64,000 bases of DNA. Origin: Octopus vulgaris. Taxonomy: Eukaryota. The position numbers and the translations under genes are program-made. Below, piece by piece: positions 63,739 to 64,000 of this stretch (positions are counted from its first letter, which is position 1; the number at the start of each line of letters is the position of its first letter). The notes beneath the pieces are model-generated. The model was not told where the DNA came from. It ran no database searches and saw only the letters and a list, made by a program, of their open reading frames with translations. The stretch is from assembly GCA_951406725.2 (NCBI GenBank), contig OX597830.1:47368001-47432000 (forward strand), read 5' to 3'.

Positions 63739-63742
<4 letters not shown>
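63037..63742. mobile_element. Tail-to-tail pair of SINE A copies (63037-63294 plus; 63325-63742 minus) around (TA)n
   Basis: Both match 43272-43696. The minus copy carries a ~50-bp RTE-tail insertion near 63525-63575. Confidence 0.85.
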
Positions 63743-63786
<44 letters not shown>

Positions 63787-64000
63787 TATATACACATGTG
63801 TGTGTGCTTCTGTATGTATGTATGTATGTATGTATTTAGTGTGTATTTTGGTGAATGATATACAGAACAGGAAAAACAAACCAAATAAAACCAGTGTCAA
63901 CCAAGAATACCTTGTGGTATTTACTCTAATCAAAGTAGTGTGGACAGTTTCTCCCAATCATAGTTAATCAGAGATCAGCTCAACTGGAAACCAATCAATG

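Overview
AT-rich, microsatellite- and transposon-dense eukaryotic DNA. The repeat families (tRNA-headed SINEs incl. a Meta/MESC-core SINE, RTE 3' ends with (GAT)n tails, piggyBac-type MITEs) point to an Octopus genome (inference). The only host gene I can support is a phospholipase C-gamma (PLCG-like) on the minus strand. It has four short coding exons (18274-18125, 9504-9411, 7192-7145, 5109-5028) that splice in frame to the N-terminal PH domain and the start of the EF-hand region. None is recovered intact by the ORF track. The first coding exon and all exons from the later EF-hand onward are not visible, so the rest of the window is probably intron. That remainder is mobile DNA: CR1, Tx1/L1, RTE and Dong/R4 LINE fragments, several SINE families, hAT/mariner/piggyBac/Mutator-type MITEs, a non-autonomous Helitron and a 29-30 bp minisatellite. 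The most unusual observations are (i) short (TA)n-associated elements carrying minimal hammerhead-ribozyme motifs, one near-intact at 13119-13209; (ii) a family of fold-back hairpin elements with a leader, variable-length target-site duplications and copy-specific turnaround points; (iii) a Meta-SINE sharing its 3' tail with Tx1-like LINEs, with an apparent GGTA insertion bias; (iv) a 140-bp local sequence capture at an RTE 5' junction. Repeat boundaries were read by eye and are approximate unless TSD/TIR positions are given.
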